Of a stretch of DNA of 64,000 bases, positions 1 through 12,640 are shown in pieces. Origin of the DNA: Dimorphilus gyrociliatus (taxonomy: Eukaryota; Animalia; Annelida). A program made the position numbers and the translations under genes. Each line of letters begins with the position of its first letter. The first letter of the stretch is position 1. The stretch lies in assembly GCA_904063045.1 (NCBI GenBank), contig CAJFCJ010000002.1, positions 4,373,645 to 4,437,644 on the forward strand, in the 5' to 3' direction. Below the pieces are notes generated by a model. The model searched no databases. It was given only the letters and a program-made list of their open reading frames with translations, and was not told the origin of the DNA.

Positions 1-502
1 CGTGTCCTTAGTTTACTAAGAATTATCAGCAACTCGATTAACTTACCATTTCAGTCTGCGTATTCCTCGTAATTCAAATGTAATCATCTTATCTAATTAG
101 CAGATTTTCCTTTGCCAGTTAAATGCAGTTGTATTTGAAAGCTATTCATAAAAATTTTTTCTATTTATCATCATAAAAAACTTGTTTTTCTTCTCTGACA
201 CAACATTTTGTCCATGTAATTTTATGGCACAATAGCCCTTAAAAATTAAATCTCTAACACTGAATTTTTAGGAGTTGAATTTTCCTCCCTTTAACTCGAA
301 CTATAAACAGTGTCCTCCTTCCGATTTTCCCTTCGAAATTCACAGTCGACTGATTTACAGCCCATTCATCCAAATCAGTCAGGTCCCTTTCAATTATCGA
401 TAGAGAGCCTCCACATCTCCCCTATTCACTAATCTTATTCAATATGAAAACTATAACACTCACTGCTTATTTAAATTAACTATTTTTTTATCTTTCTCTT
501 AG

Positions 503-979
503 ATGAACAAGGTACCAAAATGTAAAACATTTTTTTTTTCTTTAAAATAAACATCAATTCTAGTTGAGAAAAGATGAATTCAATGATAAACAGTTTACTC
601 TGAAGGTAAGCCTATTTTTTTGTGTTTTTCTTTCTTTCAAGTATCATATCAATCAACACATTCGGTAGCGTATCCTCTATTAATAATTGATCTAATTTAA
701 TTGAACATTTAAATTAGAGCTGCTAATTAGAATAAATTCAGTAACTCTGCGTTTTTGACAACAGTCGATTGATAGCTTACAATCTATGGGAAAGCGTGCA
801 GTAAGGTTTCAGGAAGAAAATATATTCAAGTTCTACAAAGATAGGTAAAACGTCATCCTCCTAACAGACTTAACTTCATTTTTAATGAATAGAACTTCTT
901 TTATTTGCTTTAAAATGCATTTAGACTAGCACAATAAACAACTCTCTTCTTGCAGAAGGAAGAAGATCGCTCGAGCTAA
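503..979 (+). other. Possible small spliced exons (9-nt 503-511, 42-nt 564-605, 956-979); either the 3' end of an upstream gene or 5'UTR exons of the RING gene
   Basis: Pyrimidine-tract AG before 503, 564 and 956; donors GTACCA (512) and GTAAGC (606). Phase-0 joining reads MNK-LRKDEFNDKQFTLK-KEEDRSS*. No recognisable domain. Confidence 0.3.
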
Positions 980-1906
980 CGCCATCTGCCTGAAAAAGTT
1001 TATGTTGATCGCCTGGATGTTTTCAATAGCATTTAATAGACTACAAACTAATAGGTATACACAGCACGATTGCGGCATTGTCGTATTTTTTCCGTAGCCA
1101 GGGGGACAATGGAGATTTAGGAGTCGATAATCGAAAATAATCAAAATGACTTATACTCGATGAAAAATGGCTTGATGAAATCGGAAAAGACCAACTTGTT
1201 TCTAATATACTTGCTAGTTCAACATCCTTGAACAACTGAAAAGTTATAAAAGAGCGAGTTGTTTTTTAAGTTGAAAATAGTACAAAGACTTAGAATATAT
1301 ATTATTACTAAGGAGAAGATATAGGGGGGGGTTTGGAATGAAATGTGGAGTAATGAAAGGGCTATTTTCCGTCAGGATGTACACTAACGAACTAGCGGAC
1401 GAGAATTTATTGAAGAAAAATCTCGACCGAAATCAACTAAGATAATAGGCCCCCGGCGATGCGTAAATTCAATTCATTCTCTCTTGTCGGGACTACCGAC
1501 AGGCTCAAAGTCACATTGAGACATCTGCGCCCAGAAGATTATTTAATCTCCTTCTTAAAATAAACTGTCAGAGTGTTTTGACCCGCATGCCTAAAAAAGA
1601 GCTTGCAGAGAAATATTTGCCGGCGGATAGAATTAGCATTAGCATGCTGAGGTCATCCATATTGATAATAAATTAGGTTTGGTCTGATGGTCTGGTAAAA
1701 ATTGACTGTTTTGTCAGTTTCCTAAAAACCAGCGAAACTCTTGATGTCTTGTTTATTGCATTCCTTCGAGTTAGTAACGGGATTACGTCGTTTCAAAAAT
1801 TGACGACAGTTGAACTGGGTACCAGACTATGGTACATAGGTGGCGACGTTGAATTTATATTCCTCCAGAAAGAAGTCAGTCGGCTGCCAAGCGTGGCGAG
1901 GGGAAG

Positions 1907-4900
1907 ATGTACTTTGTTGCAAAGTATCAAGAATTCAGAAGACAACAAACAGAAAAAGATCAAAAGAAAAAGGCCGAAAAGGAATTGCAGAGCTTGAATG
2001 TGAAAATCGTAAGTCTTTCTAGTTTCTTTATCTTTTTCCTAAATCCCATAAAAATATATTTCCTTATGCAAATAAATTGAAAAAAACGTTTTATTAAATA
2101 CAATTATCCTTAAGGATAATTTAAAGTGAAAATGTCGTTTCGTAATCTTTGAGCAATAATTTTGCATTCCCTGGATACCCGAAAAAAAAATTTTGGCCTA
2201 CGAAATAGATAAATTCTTTACCAAAGGAAACAATCCCTTTTGCGTAAATTCCGTAAATACCGATACAAATATATCACTTTGAGGTATAAATCAATTCATA
2301 AGAATTTTTCGAGAGAAAAAATTCATTACAAGAGATATCAATGACCTTTGAGGACAAATAGTCCCGTGCGACGTCTGGTACTATGCTGGAATACAAATTT
2401 CTCTTTTCAGTCTTGGTTAAACGACGGAAAAAAGTATTAATGATCTTAATTAATAGAAATACTTTAATTCTAAAAATGTTTCTAAAGCAAATCATGACTA
2501 GGAATTATATTTTTGTCAAGTGCTGTTTCTTTATTACTCTTTCTCTTGTTATCAATTCGGAACACGAAAGTGTCAACTAAGAAATTTTGGCAGTCGATTT
2601 AGGAAACGTCAAAAGTGTCGATAGTTTTTCTTTATTTATTTCTTTGTTTCTCTTCTTTGTATTTTTTTGATATGTGAAAAGTGGCTTGTTTCCTTGTTAA
2701 GTTTTAATTAAGCAAAGGGAAAAATACTGAACCTTGACGACCTAAATATATTCCGAGATTAATAAATAGTCAAGTAGCCTTTCCAACGAATGTCAAGTAA
2801 ATGAGACCGAGAAATTGGTATAGCCTCTAACGAATTCTACACTCAAACCTAATCGAAAATTCGGACCATGAAAAATTCATTTGAAACTCCTGACACCTAA
2901 TTAGCAGTAAAAAAAACAAGCAAGTCAGGACAAGTGAAAAAGGAACGCCACTTTCCGTGACTGAAAAGCCGGGCTCGTCCCAATCAACCAGGCAAAATCG
3001 GCCCCTCTTTAATCAATGTCACGTGATTATAAAATTCGATCCAATCGAGTTGGCATGGCAACGACTGAAAAAAAGGCTGTCTGGGGCGCTAATTGACTTT
3101 AAACTGCCGAAAGCGGCGCTCTTCAGAGACATCGGCGTCACCTAATTTGAAATCTGTCGCTGAGATCACATCGGTGACGGACCGAGTGACGGCTCGAGTA
3201 AACTGTTTGATTGAATTCCTTTCCACAGCTTTTTTTCACGCTTCAAAGTAAATTGGATGAAGGGGAACATATTATGGGTTTAGATAATCCTCTATCAATT
3301 CAGGAACCATTAAAGACACAACTTTTAATTATGTTTCATTTTTCATTTTTGTTATACATATAAAGATTTGAAGAAGAAATGGGATCAGAGGGAGATTCAT
3401 AGCACTTTTTTGTTTTGTTTGACCGGTCAAATCAATTTCCCCTCGAAATCCAATATATAGTGACCAGTGAAATCAATATAGCCTCAAGGAAATCTAGAGG
3501 AAACGTCGGTACTGCAAACATGTAATGAAATAAAAGTGATTTGGTTACGATTTTCACCAATGATTGAGTAGTCGGTTGTTCGCTCAGTTGAAATACGAAA
3601 AAGAATGGTGGAAAACGCTGTAATATCTGTTATGCTATTTGGAAAGAAATAAAAAACAAATAACGATCCTAATGATAGCGAAATTATTCTAGCGACAAAG
3701 CCCGACACTCTTCTATAAACCTTATATATGAGTTTTAAAAGCCTGCTTGGTACTGACGTATTCCCTTCGCAAATAGAAAAAAATTGAGAGTAAATCGAAA
3801 CTGTTACACGGATTCCTTTGAAGTTGGATGCCGCACCGATAATGATGCCCACTGAGCTCCATCGGCGTCTACTTTTGATGTATTATTGACAGACAAGGTG
3901 GAAAAAATATGCGTGTGGTTTTACCTGGACTTCTGACTATCAACTTAAATAGCTGTAATTCTTCTTTTTTCGTATTCCGTTTTCAATTATCTTGTTCCGC
4001 AAACGTCCATTAAGGCTTTACTACTCTTAATTAAATTAGAGGCGACTGACGAGCTATAATATTTTCTATTGTATTCCGCAGTTTTCCGTCGATAACACAA
4101 TCCATTGCTCTTCTATGTAATGTATAGACTAATAGACAGTGGTAAAGACTTTTAATAGGCCTTGATAAAAAGTATACTTGCTAATGGAAACGTTTACTGT
4201 AGTCAATATGAGAAAGAAAATAAAATAGGATAAATAAGAAGAAAAAGAGAAAGGGAGAGGGAGAGGGCGAGAGCGGGGTGGAAAGAGGGATTTGCAAATC
4301 CTGGTAAATTAGGAGACGGTGAACGAGAAAAATGATTAATTAGCTTGTAAGAATTCCGGTATGTTTAGAGCCTAGAAAATACTACAAAGACGGTTTTTTC
4401 TTTCCTTATTTAAAATAAAAATTATTTATATATCGAATTTAACGGAAAGTTTAATCATATTTTATTTAATTTGCATACGTTACGCACACAACGTAGATTG
4501 CGTGAATCAATTGAAAGAGTCAAATAATTTACAATAGCTGCAAATTGCGGTATGAAATCAAACAAAGATAAGAAACCTATATAATTTATATAAATAACGT
4601 CTCCTCAAGTTTCGCGCCCAATAACGATATATGTGGTCAATCAATATGTTCTTCCTTTCAGGACAAACTACTAGCCAAACTCGATGGTAAACAAGTAGAA
4701 CGTGAAGACTTACCCCACTACGAGGGAGAAGAGGTAGGCTAAAGGTGTCCCTTGTCCTCTAATATGTTGTATACCGTATAACCTCTCTTCTATACTACAA
4801 AAATTGCAGACTTCCTCCCAACTACCAGCAGTTAGGGCTATCATCAGAGAAAAGCTATATATAGTCACTAATTCATGTTGTATAAATTTCATGATGGATT

Positions 4901-6761
4901 ATTTTATCGACTTGATTATTATTATAGCGATTATGCACTTGGGCTAATTAGAATTCTCCAAAGTCTACGCAACCGAAGCGAAACGAGGTTGTAATAATAA
5001 AATGCTACCTCTTTAAATTAATTATTTTCGGTAGCTTAATTCGATATTTTGCCTATTCCACTAAATATAATCAATAACTTTATACCTAGCTAGCTAGCTA
5101 GATAGATAGAGAAATCGTCTAATAATCAAAAGAATTTATCTACCTAAAGGTTTTGAAGATCTAAGACATGAAGTAGCTTCCGATTAAAAAGTTATTAATT
5201 AAATCTCTATAATTAATATTATTAAACAGTAACTGATAGCATGCAACATGTGTACTTTATATAAAAGGAAGACGATTCTACTGGTATTTTGGTTTATAAA
5301 AATGAGATCGAAAGTAGCAGCCAAAGTCTATAACACCTCCATGCATAATTCAAGTGCAAGGATTAGGTGGATTAAACGGCCGTTTGTAGGAATGTTTTAA
5401 TCGAGTATTTTTTTTTATAGAACAAAATTAACCGAACCGTATCTATCTTTGGACGCCAGTTGGCGTCTAGACGCCTGATTGGAAGCCCCGAATTCTTATG
5501 AATAGACGCGATTGCCAATAGCTTCTTGACTTTTTTCCTGAAATTGAGCGCAATTGTCCGCGCCGCAAATATATAAGCCAGTAGTTTGCACAAGGGTTTC
5601 TGACGTCACACGACGCTTCTTTATCATTAAGAAGATTAATTATGCATTGTACGGTTAATCCTTTTAATCTTTAGACAGCAGAACGTTATTTGTTCGATAA
5701 AGGTTAAGAAAATCAGTAAATACAGTTAAATCAGTCAGCTACAAGACAATAAATGCTATAAATAGCATACTATATGTATAGGTATGTCAAAATCTTGATC
5801 TCATCATAAGCAATCGTCTTCTCTTCAGTCGTGTCGACATTGAAAAGAGCCGAACTCACGCCGAAATAACCGCATAAACAGTGATTGTTCGCGGTACGTT
5901 CTCCGAGAAATCCTCTGAGACTAGTATCAATAATCCCCTAAAACGTCTCATACATTCTCTCAGTTCGCCACTAATATTTACGCCATGTACGGCATATTGA
6001 CTTCAATAGGACTAGAAGGATATAAAGTATTCTATTAATATTGGCGAGTACGGAGTACGTAGTGAATACACGCAAAACTTGGAAAATTGCTTGCGACAGC
6101 ATGGGACTTTTTATAATGAACAAAATCCATTAGGGCTCGAAAGCATTAATTCCTACAATTTTTTGTGCAGCGTGTCATCTGCCTGGTAATTGGCAATTTG
6201 CAGTGATGCACAAACATTCGTAGAGTAGAACGTAACAATTTTCACGCAATTATCCTTTTTCTATATCTTTAACTTTTTTTTTCTAACTTTCGATTTCAGT
6301 GTGTAATATGCCTAGTCGCCCGAGCTAACATGCAAACTCTGCCGTGTCAGCATAAAGTAGTTTGTCGAAAATGTTTTATCAAGACCATCCAGTCGGCCGT
6401 CACTCAGCGTTGTTTGCCGCTTCGTTGCGTTGTTTGTCGGACGCGCGTGCTCAAGTTGAGGCAGGACGAACCACCCTTAAGCCCTCAGCCGCCTCCTCGA
6501 GTTTGTACAACGAGTGGCCCACATCAGCATTCTCCAAGGCACGGCACGAAAGCCAGAAAGGTCCATTCGGCTTGCAAAACACCACCCATCGAAAAAACCG
6601 AAGAGTTTAAAATAACAGTCGATGTTGGACAGTGCCCCAAACATTTGAAACCGATTATCCGACGTCCAAAGCATAAACAGAGGAGTCAGAGTGCCACTAG
6701 GGAAGCTCGACGAGTCACATTTCAAGATGGAGACCGCAGAAATAGTACAGTCGATAGTTAA
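1907..6761 (+). CDS. RING-HC (C3HC4) zinc-finger protein with N-terminal coiled coil, about 211 aa; putative E3 ligase. Exons 1907-2008, 4662-4733, 6300-6761
   Basis: All joins phase 0 with canonical GT/AG: MYFVAKYQEFRRQQ...LQSLNVKI|DKLLAKLDGKQVEREDLPHYEGEE|CVICLVARANMQTLPCQHKVVCRKCF...CVVCR. The C-x2-C...C-x-H-x3-C-x2-C...C-x2-C pattern is RING-HC. The start could lie upstream (acceptor at 1868, frame open). Confidence 0.85.
5452..5608. promoter_or_regulatory. Intronic motif cluster: palindrome GGCGTCTAGACGCC (5462-5475, contains the Smad element GTCTAGAC), ATTGG at about 5478 and CRE TGACGTCA (5601-5608)
   Basis: Motifs read directly in intron 2 of the RING gene; function is inferred from consensus only. 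Confidence 0.4.
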
Positions 6762-9700
6762 TAAAGATATGTAATGGAATTTTCTAATGTTTTCCATTGT
6801 AGTTATTTTTAGAACATTTGAGCTTTAAAAAGTTCAAAGGAAACAGACGAAGAATTGGAGATTATGCATTTTTTCCTTTTGTTTCTCGTTTCTTTCATAA
6901 TTTTTTTGTAAATGGGACCACTTAGAAGCTTTTGTAACATTATTGGCAAAAGAAATGACAGCGAGGTGAGATACCTCTATACTGGGCGCAATAAAAAGGT
7001 GGGCACGCAGTAATTGTTTCCATATCAGACTGTAAAGGAGTTGTGATGGATGATTTTATTATATAAAAGCTGTCTTACCCGACCCAGAATAGTTTTCTGT
7101 CCTTGTATATCTACTGCATTTAGTGAGCCTGTTGATACGGATTATATACAATATGGGTGTAAAAAGGAATTTTCCCATGTCGAAAACATCTGCAGAGTTC
7201 TTCTAGGGATCTTACTGTATGAAAATGGGATTTTGCTTTTTCTCAATAGTTTCTATGACGTCATATTGGTTTTTATTTCATAAGAGGAGACAAATCGAAA
7301 ATCAACTGACTGTATTTACTTAAAACTGAAATTCTCACGTCTTAGGTTCTAGAGGACTACGATATCCTGAGAAAAGGAAAATAACTGGAAGGCAGGTGTG
7401 TGTGCCGCTATTGTGCCAATTACACCAGCCAGTTCTTTGTTATTTTTTTTATGAGAAGAGAGACGAGACTATCAGAGTGGTTATGTAGTTTACAGTATAT
7501 TGGGAGGGAAAGGAGGGTATGGGAAATGGGGTTCACAGGGCCCAAAGCCTTAAAGGTCAAAGGGGGCGAGCTAGCTGACGAGAGAAGGCAAAACTGAAAA
7601 AGACAAGGCTTCTGCAACGGCCCGCTGCAATAGCTTTAAAATTAACAATTTGCACTTTGAACGGAAGAGTAACGGCAAGCAACTAAAAAAGTGATCTTAC
7701 ACATTTTGAGATGGCGAGTGATTGAATATTAATATCACAAACTATTAGGCAAGACAGTCTTCCTAGGGCACTATATACTTACATTTTAATGTATAGTATT
7801 ACATGTATACACTATGCATTCACATTCTTAGCATGTTTTTATAGTTGTATTTATGTAAATGGTCGAAGAAGAGAAGAATAAGGAGTTATATCCATACTCC
7901 TCCATCAATCCCTGCATATCAAAATGCAAATGTGAAGGCATGATTGTTATCGTTCTTTGATTGACTTGTGCGATTTTTTTAGCAAGAGATAAAAACTTAC
8001 GATATATTTGTTATAATTTATCTTACTTAATATCACAGCTGTCAAGCTAGACGGGCGGAAATTCAATTTTCACTTAATTAATTAGCGAGTCACATTTTTC
8101 CTTGCGCATGACGAAATGAATCTGAAACAAATTCGACTACTTAAGCAGTAAGTTTGTCAGTTTATGATTATATTTTAAAAATGAAGGACGATAGGGAGAA
8201 TTCCTTGAAATATTTTTATCTAGATTTTCCTCTCAAGGTGATATTATTATAATTAAACTTAATTGTAAAACTACCGGAAAGGAATATTGCTTAAAAAACA
8301 TCTTTTCCTCTATTTACTCGAAAGGACGGAAATGATTAATTACAGAAAAAGACAGTTTTAAAAGCTTTGGGGCTTTGTTCAAAATCTCACTTCTAAAAAT
8401 ATCTACATCTAGAGACACAACAGTCGCAAACAGAAGGAGAAAAAAATTCTCTTTCATTCTCTCTAATTTTTCCTCCCGTTTTTTCTCCTTTTGATAAATT
8501 CCTTCGGGATATAGGGAATCACCTAAGACGATAAGAATAAATCATTTTATAAACTATAAATTTTTTAGCTTTATCAATAAAGGACAGGCCACTGACGTCC
8601 ATTAAGGGTATTTCTCCTAAATTCCTTTACAAAGCCTCTGCTCGCGTTTTTGGCCTCAAAAAAGTTTGTCTGATTTACTCTTATGCTCTTTGAAATTACC
8701 GATTTAGGAAATTTCCCACTTTATATAAAAACTTACATTTTCACTTTATTCATATTTTGCTTAGATAAATATCCTTAAAACCTTTATTTATATACAAACA
8801 AACAGTTTACATCTCTTCATCTCTTCACAGAACGTTGTGTGTAAAGGTAACTAGCTATATTCGACCTTCTGGACATTGGTTCGTTACATAGAAGCTCTTA
8901 ACTATGAATCTTCTTATTCGGTAGACTATCAATTTTCTATTTTTCCATAAATAGATCATCATCACTTCTATTAATAACCATCCCAAAAAAATATTGGCTA
9001 GTTGATGAGAGGCGGCTAAAAGAATTAGACTGTCTCCTACGTCACGCATCCAAGATTTAGATTCCTCGGTATAGATATGAAAATATATAACTATACACAA
9101 GTAGGCCTACTTAAGTTTGTGTGAACCAAACACTATTCTGGGCATAAGGATTAAATTCCGCCTTGGGCTGTTGCCCTGTATAGGCTTATGAACTAGTTTG
9201 CCTGATATAAAATCGATATCTTTTTTCTTTCTGGGCTCCTTAATTAAACGGAAGAAAGAAGAAGAAGAAAAAAGAAAGATACAGACGCGCGCATAAATTA
9301 TGGATTAATGAGCTCCGATGAGATACGTGAGAAATATATTGATGATAGATAGTTGATTGATCGGGAAACCATTTACCATATAAGTGAATAAACGTCTTGA
9401 TCGTCCAATTTACCAACACTAAATGAATCGAACGCTTATAACGGAGCCTATAAAGCGTCTTTTCTAATGGAATATCTATGTCCCCGTAGAAAAAGTCGAG
9501 AAAAAGAGCCATAAAAAGGTTCAAAGTCCAGTTTGTCACAATTTATCACCTTAAGTTTGACAAGGTCTTTCTAAGCTATATGTTCTATTTCGTCAATTTT
9601 CGACGCCTTCTGAGGTTTAATAAGGTATAATTGATTAATGCATTTCTACAGGTGAAATCCACATTTAGAAAGTGAAAAACCTCTCTTTCCTATTAATGTC

Positions 9701-10109
9701 ACTTTTAGCCTACTATTTCTAAAAAAAAACTGCCAAACTCCTATAAATATCTTTAATTAGTTCGATTACAGGAAAATCATGATTAGATACTTGAAAATGA
9801 TAAGTTTTTCTTGACACAGCAATGTTAAGGAATGCATTACTTATTCACTTCTCTCGTTAAACGGAAGTTAGGCGTTCAATAATTTTCTTAGTCCAATTAG
9901 CTCCGGAAAGACTTGGAGCGTGTTGAATTGAGATTCATAAGGACTAATTAATTGGCCAGAAGTGGGCATGTTCAATTCAATTGGAGATTTGGAGTTCGTT
10001 TAAGTGGATCAGAAAATGCAGAAAGTTGGTAGTTCGAAGGAACAATTGCAAAGAACTATACTGTATAGCTTAGTATGTCACGATTTATTTAGAAAGTGGG
10101 TGTGAAAAG

Positions 10110-10152
10110 TATATAAAAAGCCGGAGGTTTGCGGTAGTCTATTGCTGCAGTT
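10110..10152 (+). promoter_or_regulatory. Candidate TATA box and initiator-like CAGT, about 1 kb upstream of the GPCR ATG
   Basis: TATATAAAAAG at 10110; GCAGTT at about 10147; an unpaired acceptor (tgtacag) at about 11125 implies a spliced 5'UTR. Confidence 0.3.
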
Positions 10153-11148
10153 TGCACAAGCTGTTCGTTAAGTTTGTCGAGCACTCGACGACTCACTATA
10201 AGTTTCTCCAGTTTCGTATTTTTTACGTTCTTTCAGATCAAGAAACGATGTAAACTTTGCACAGACCAAAGTACTTCAATCTTATGGTTACTCTAATGGA
10301 GATTTCAATTTGTGAATAATTGACGAAGTGATAGTCACGTATAAGGTTTTTAATTTGATGATTACTGTATTTTACAGTAAATATATAGGCATTTTATGGG
10401 TTTAGATGTGCGTGGTGAATTAAATTCTTTGAAGAGTTTCGCTGACTTCGTAATGAACATTTGATACGTTGATGGATTTAAATAAAATAGATATTGACTA
10501 GGGAAAATCTACTTTACAGTTATTGCGTTTTAGATGACAGAATTGCTGCCCGAGATCGAGAGGATTACCTATGTCAGGATTTTGATGTGGTGATATTACA
10601 ATTAATCACTCTGGATGAAAATAACCTAATATATGAATTTTTACATAGTTTCTCACATACTTTCATTCTACTTTCACTGTGCCTTGTATCGTTCATTTGT
10701 TAACGGCAGATGGCGTACCAGCCAATCGTTCACAGGTTAAATGGAGTTAAACCAGCAGATGACAGTGCTGGGGAAAGAGACTTTTCAAGCCTATACATCA
10801 GTCAGTTTTGTATTACATTTTTTACAAGACTGATTTATTCAACTCTTCAATATTGCATATATTAAGAAGATCGATCACATTCTTGCTAACTAACTACATA
10901 TGTTGGAACAGTGAAGCTTTATTCAAAAAAAAACCAAACTTAACGGACGATAGATCACTAAAGTATGGAAAAAAGCGAATATTAATAACACAACAGATGC
11001 ATAATAAAACTCCGCAACAACTGCATTATCCAGAGTAAAAGGCCTATTAAGGATGTAAATGTACTGACAAGGTAAATATATTTTATAAGCGTGATTATTA
11101 ACCATATCTACTCAGTATTGTACAGGTGAAAACCACAGACAACGGAAA

Positions 11149-12640
11149 ATGAACTGTACGGTAAAAACAGCTGAAACTGTTTTTTCGATTGTATGGATTG
11201 TTTTGTCCCTTATCTCGCTAGGATTAAATGTTTTACTTATCCTAGTTTGCGGATTGGAATCAAACAGGAAACAATCATATGGCGTCTATTTTACAGCAAT
11301 AGCAGCAGCGATGTTCTCATATTGTTTAATAGAAATAAGCGATTCTAGCTCTTCGCTAGCGTTTAGTGACGCCCGGAAAACTTTAGATCATGAAGTTACA
11401 TGCTTGTTGGAAGCTTGTAGAACAAGTTTAATTTTTGTTATTGTTTTCTTGCCACCTGGGATTCTATTGGACCGCATCATAGCCCTTGAGTATCCAACAA
11501 AAAGAATCAGCGTTTGTTCTGCCCGGTTTAGTCGTCGAGTCGTCATTTTACTTGTTAGTGCATTTTTTCTCGACATTCCTTTTTCAGACAAATTTTCAGT
11601 GTACTATCTATGAGTTTCTTATAAAAAAAGCTCTAAGCTTAATCGACTCCTTAAGTTGGCAGATGATATCTGGTCACTTGGCAACTTGACGATAATCGTC
11701 CTCTCGACTTACAAAGTTTGTTAGATAATTCTCCCAAAGAATTTATTGATAAAAAGAGACGCCTGAAGATCAAGTCAATGATATATAAAAGAAAAGACTA
11801 CTTTGCGTGCTTGAAAAATAGACGTCAGCTAGATGTTATACGGCAGCTGTCACTTCGATTATAGATCGTAACAAAATCATTCAGTCACGTTTTACGAAAT
11901 ATTAGCCTCACAGCGTACGTTTCATTCATCACTAAGAAATTTAATTCTATCTCCTCTCTAAGCTAATCACTAGGGAAGTTAAGAAAAACACCTATTTAGG
12001 ACATGTTCTTGAAAAAATGCACTAACACTAATAGATTCTTTGCGGTTGCGCAATATATTTGACAGCAACAATAGTTCAATTGGTAATGAAAGATGCCAAT
12101 TCTGGTGAAAACTGCAACTTGGCCCCTTTTTGTGCAAGATTTCATAAGTGGTATCAGAATACACTGCCTCTTCATCTAATTCTACTTTATATATTTCCAT
12201 TAATTTGCTCTATTTGTTTTTCAATCAAGTTATCTACTCTTTTGAAAGTTCGAAGGAAGCACAGTCAGATTATCAGCAAGAATCATTCGAATATTTCTTT
12301 ACGCATGCGTGAAAATATGGATATTGGAAAAGCCTCCATCTCTCTAGCCCTGTTACATTCCCTTACAATATTAGTACCAAACTTAATTTACATAATTGTG
12401 TACTATGTTGCAAATTATAAGTCGTTTGTAGCAGTGGACTCTGAATTCCGAGTTGGATATACTGTAAAAGAGACTCTTCTCCTAATCGGTATGTGCATAA
12501 TACCTGTCTCCGTTTGTGCTTCCGGTGTTCTAAGAAAAATGTTTATTAGTGATATCTTTCGAAAGATAACAAGAAAAAAATCAGTTCAATTAACTGCTTA
12601 TATAAATACAGTAGCTGAAAATGTTAAGGATGAATCTTGA
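11149..12640 (+). CDS. Divergent rhodopsin-like (class A) 7TM GPCR, orphan, about 336 aa. Exons 11149-11553, 12035-12640
   Basis: Seven hydrophobic segments; TM3 Cys (EVTC), LLDRIIAL..YP (DRY variant), ECL2 Cys (GENC), TM5 and TM6 prolines. Donor CTT|GTTAGT and acceptor ctaacactaatag|ATT join TM4 in frame (VVILL|ILCGCAIYL). Confidence 0.85.

Noticed and set aside
926-1235. Two overlapping minus-strand ORFs (72 and 64 aa)
   Set aside because: No recognisable domain and no consistent splice sites; lengths are compatible with chance.
1749-2022. Track ORFs 1749-1997 and 1840-2022
   Set aside because: These are the wrong frames of RING exon 1; the third frame (MYFVAKYQEF) splices in phase to the downstream exons.
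2274-3852. Possible nested antisense gene in RING intron 1 (ORFs 2274-2495 and 3484-3852)
   Set aside because: The 122-aa ORF starts at GTG, shows no domain, and I could not link the pieces by splice sites. Worth a BLAST but unsupported.
6362-6797. Alternative-frame and antisense ORFs over RING exon 3
   Set aside because: Shadows of a GC-richer coding exon.
8855-9539. Minus-strand ORFs with a hydrophobic stretch (81 and 99 aa)
   Set aside because: No convincing acceptor/donor pair or start codon, and no family similarity recognised.
11554-12034. Apparent stop or frameshift splitting the GPCR (pseudogene or insertion)
   Set aside because: Explained by a canonical 481-nt phase-0 intron that restores TM4.
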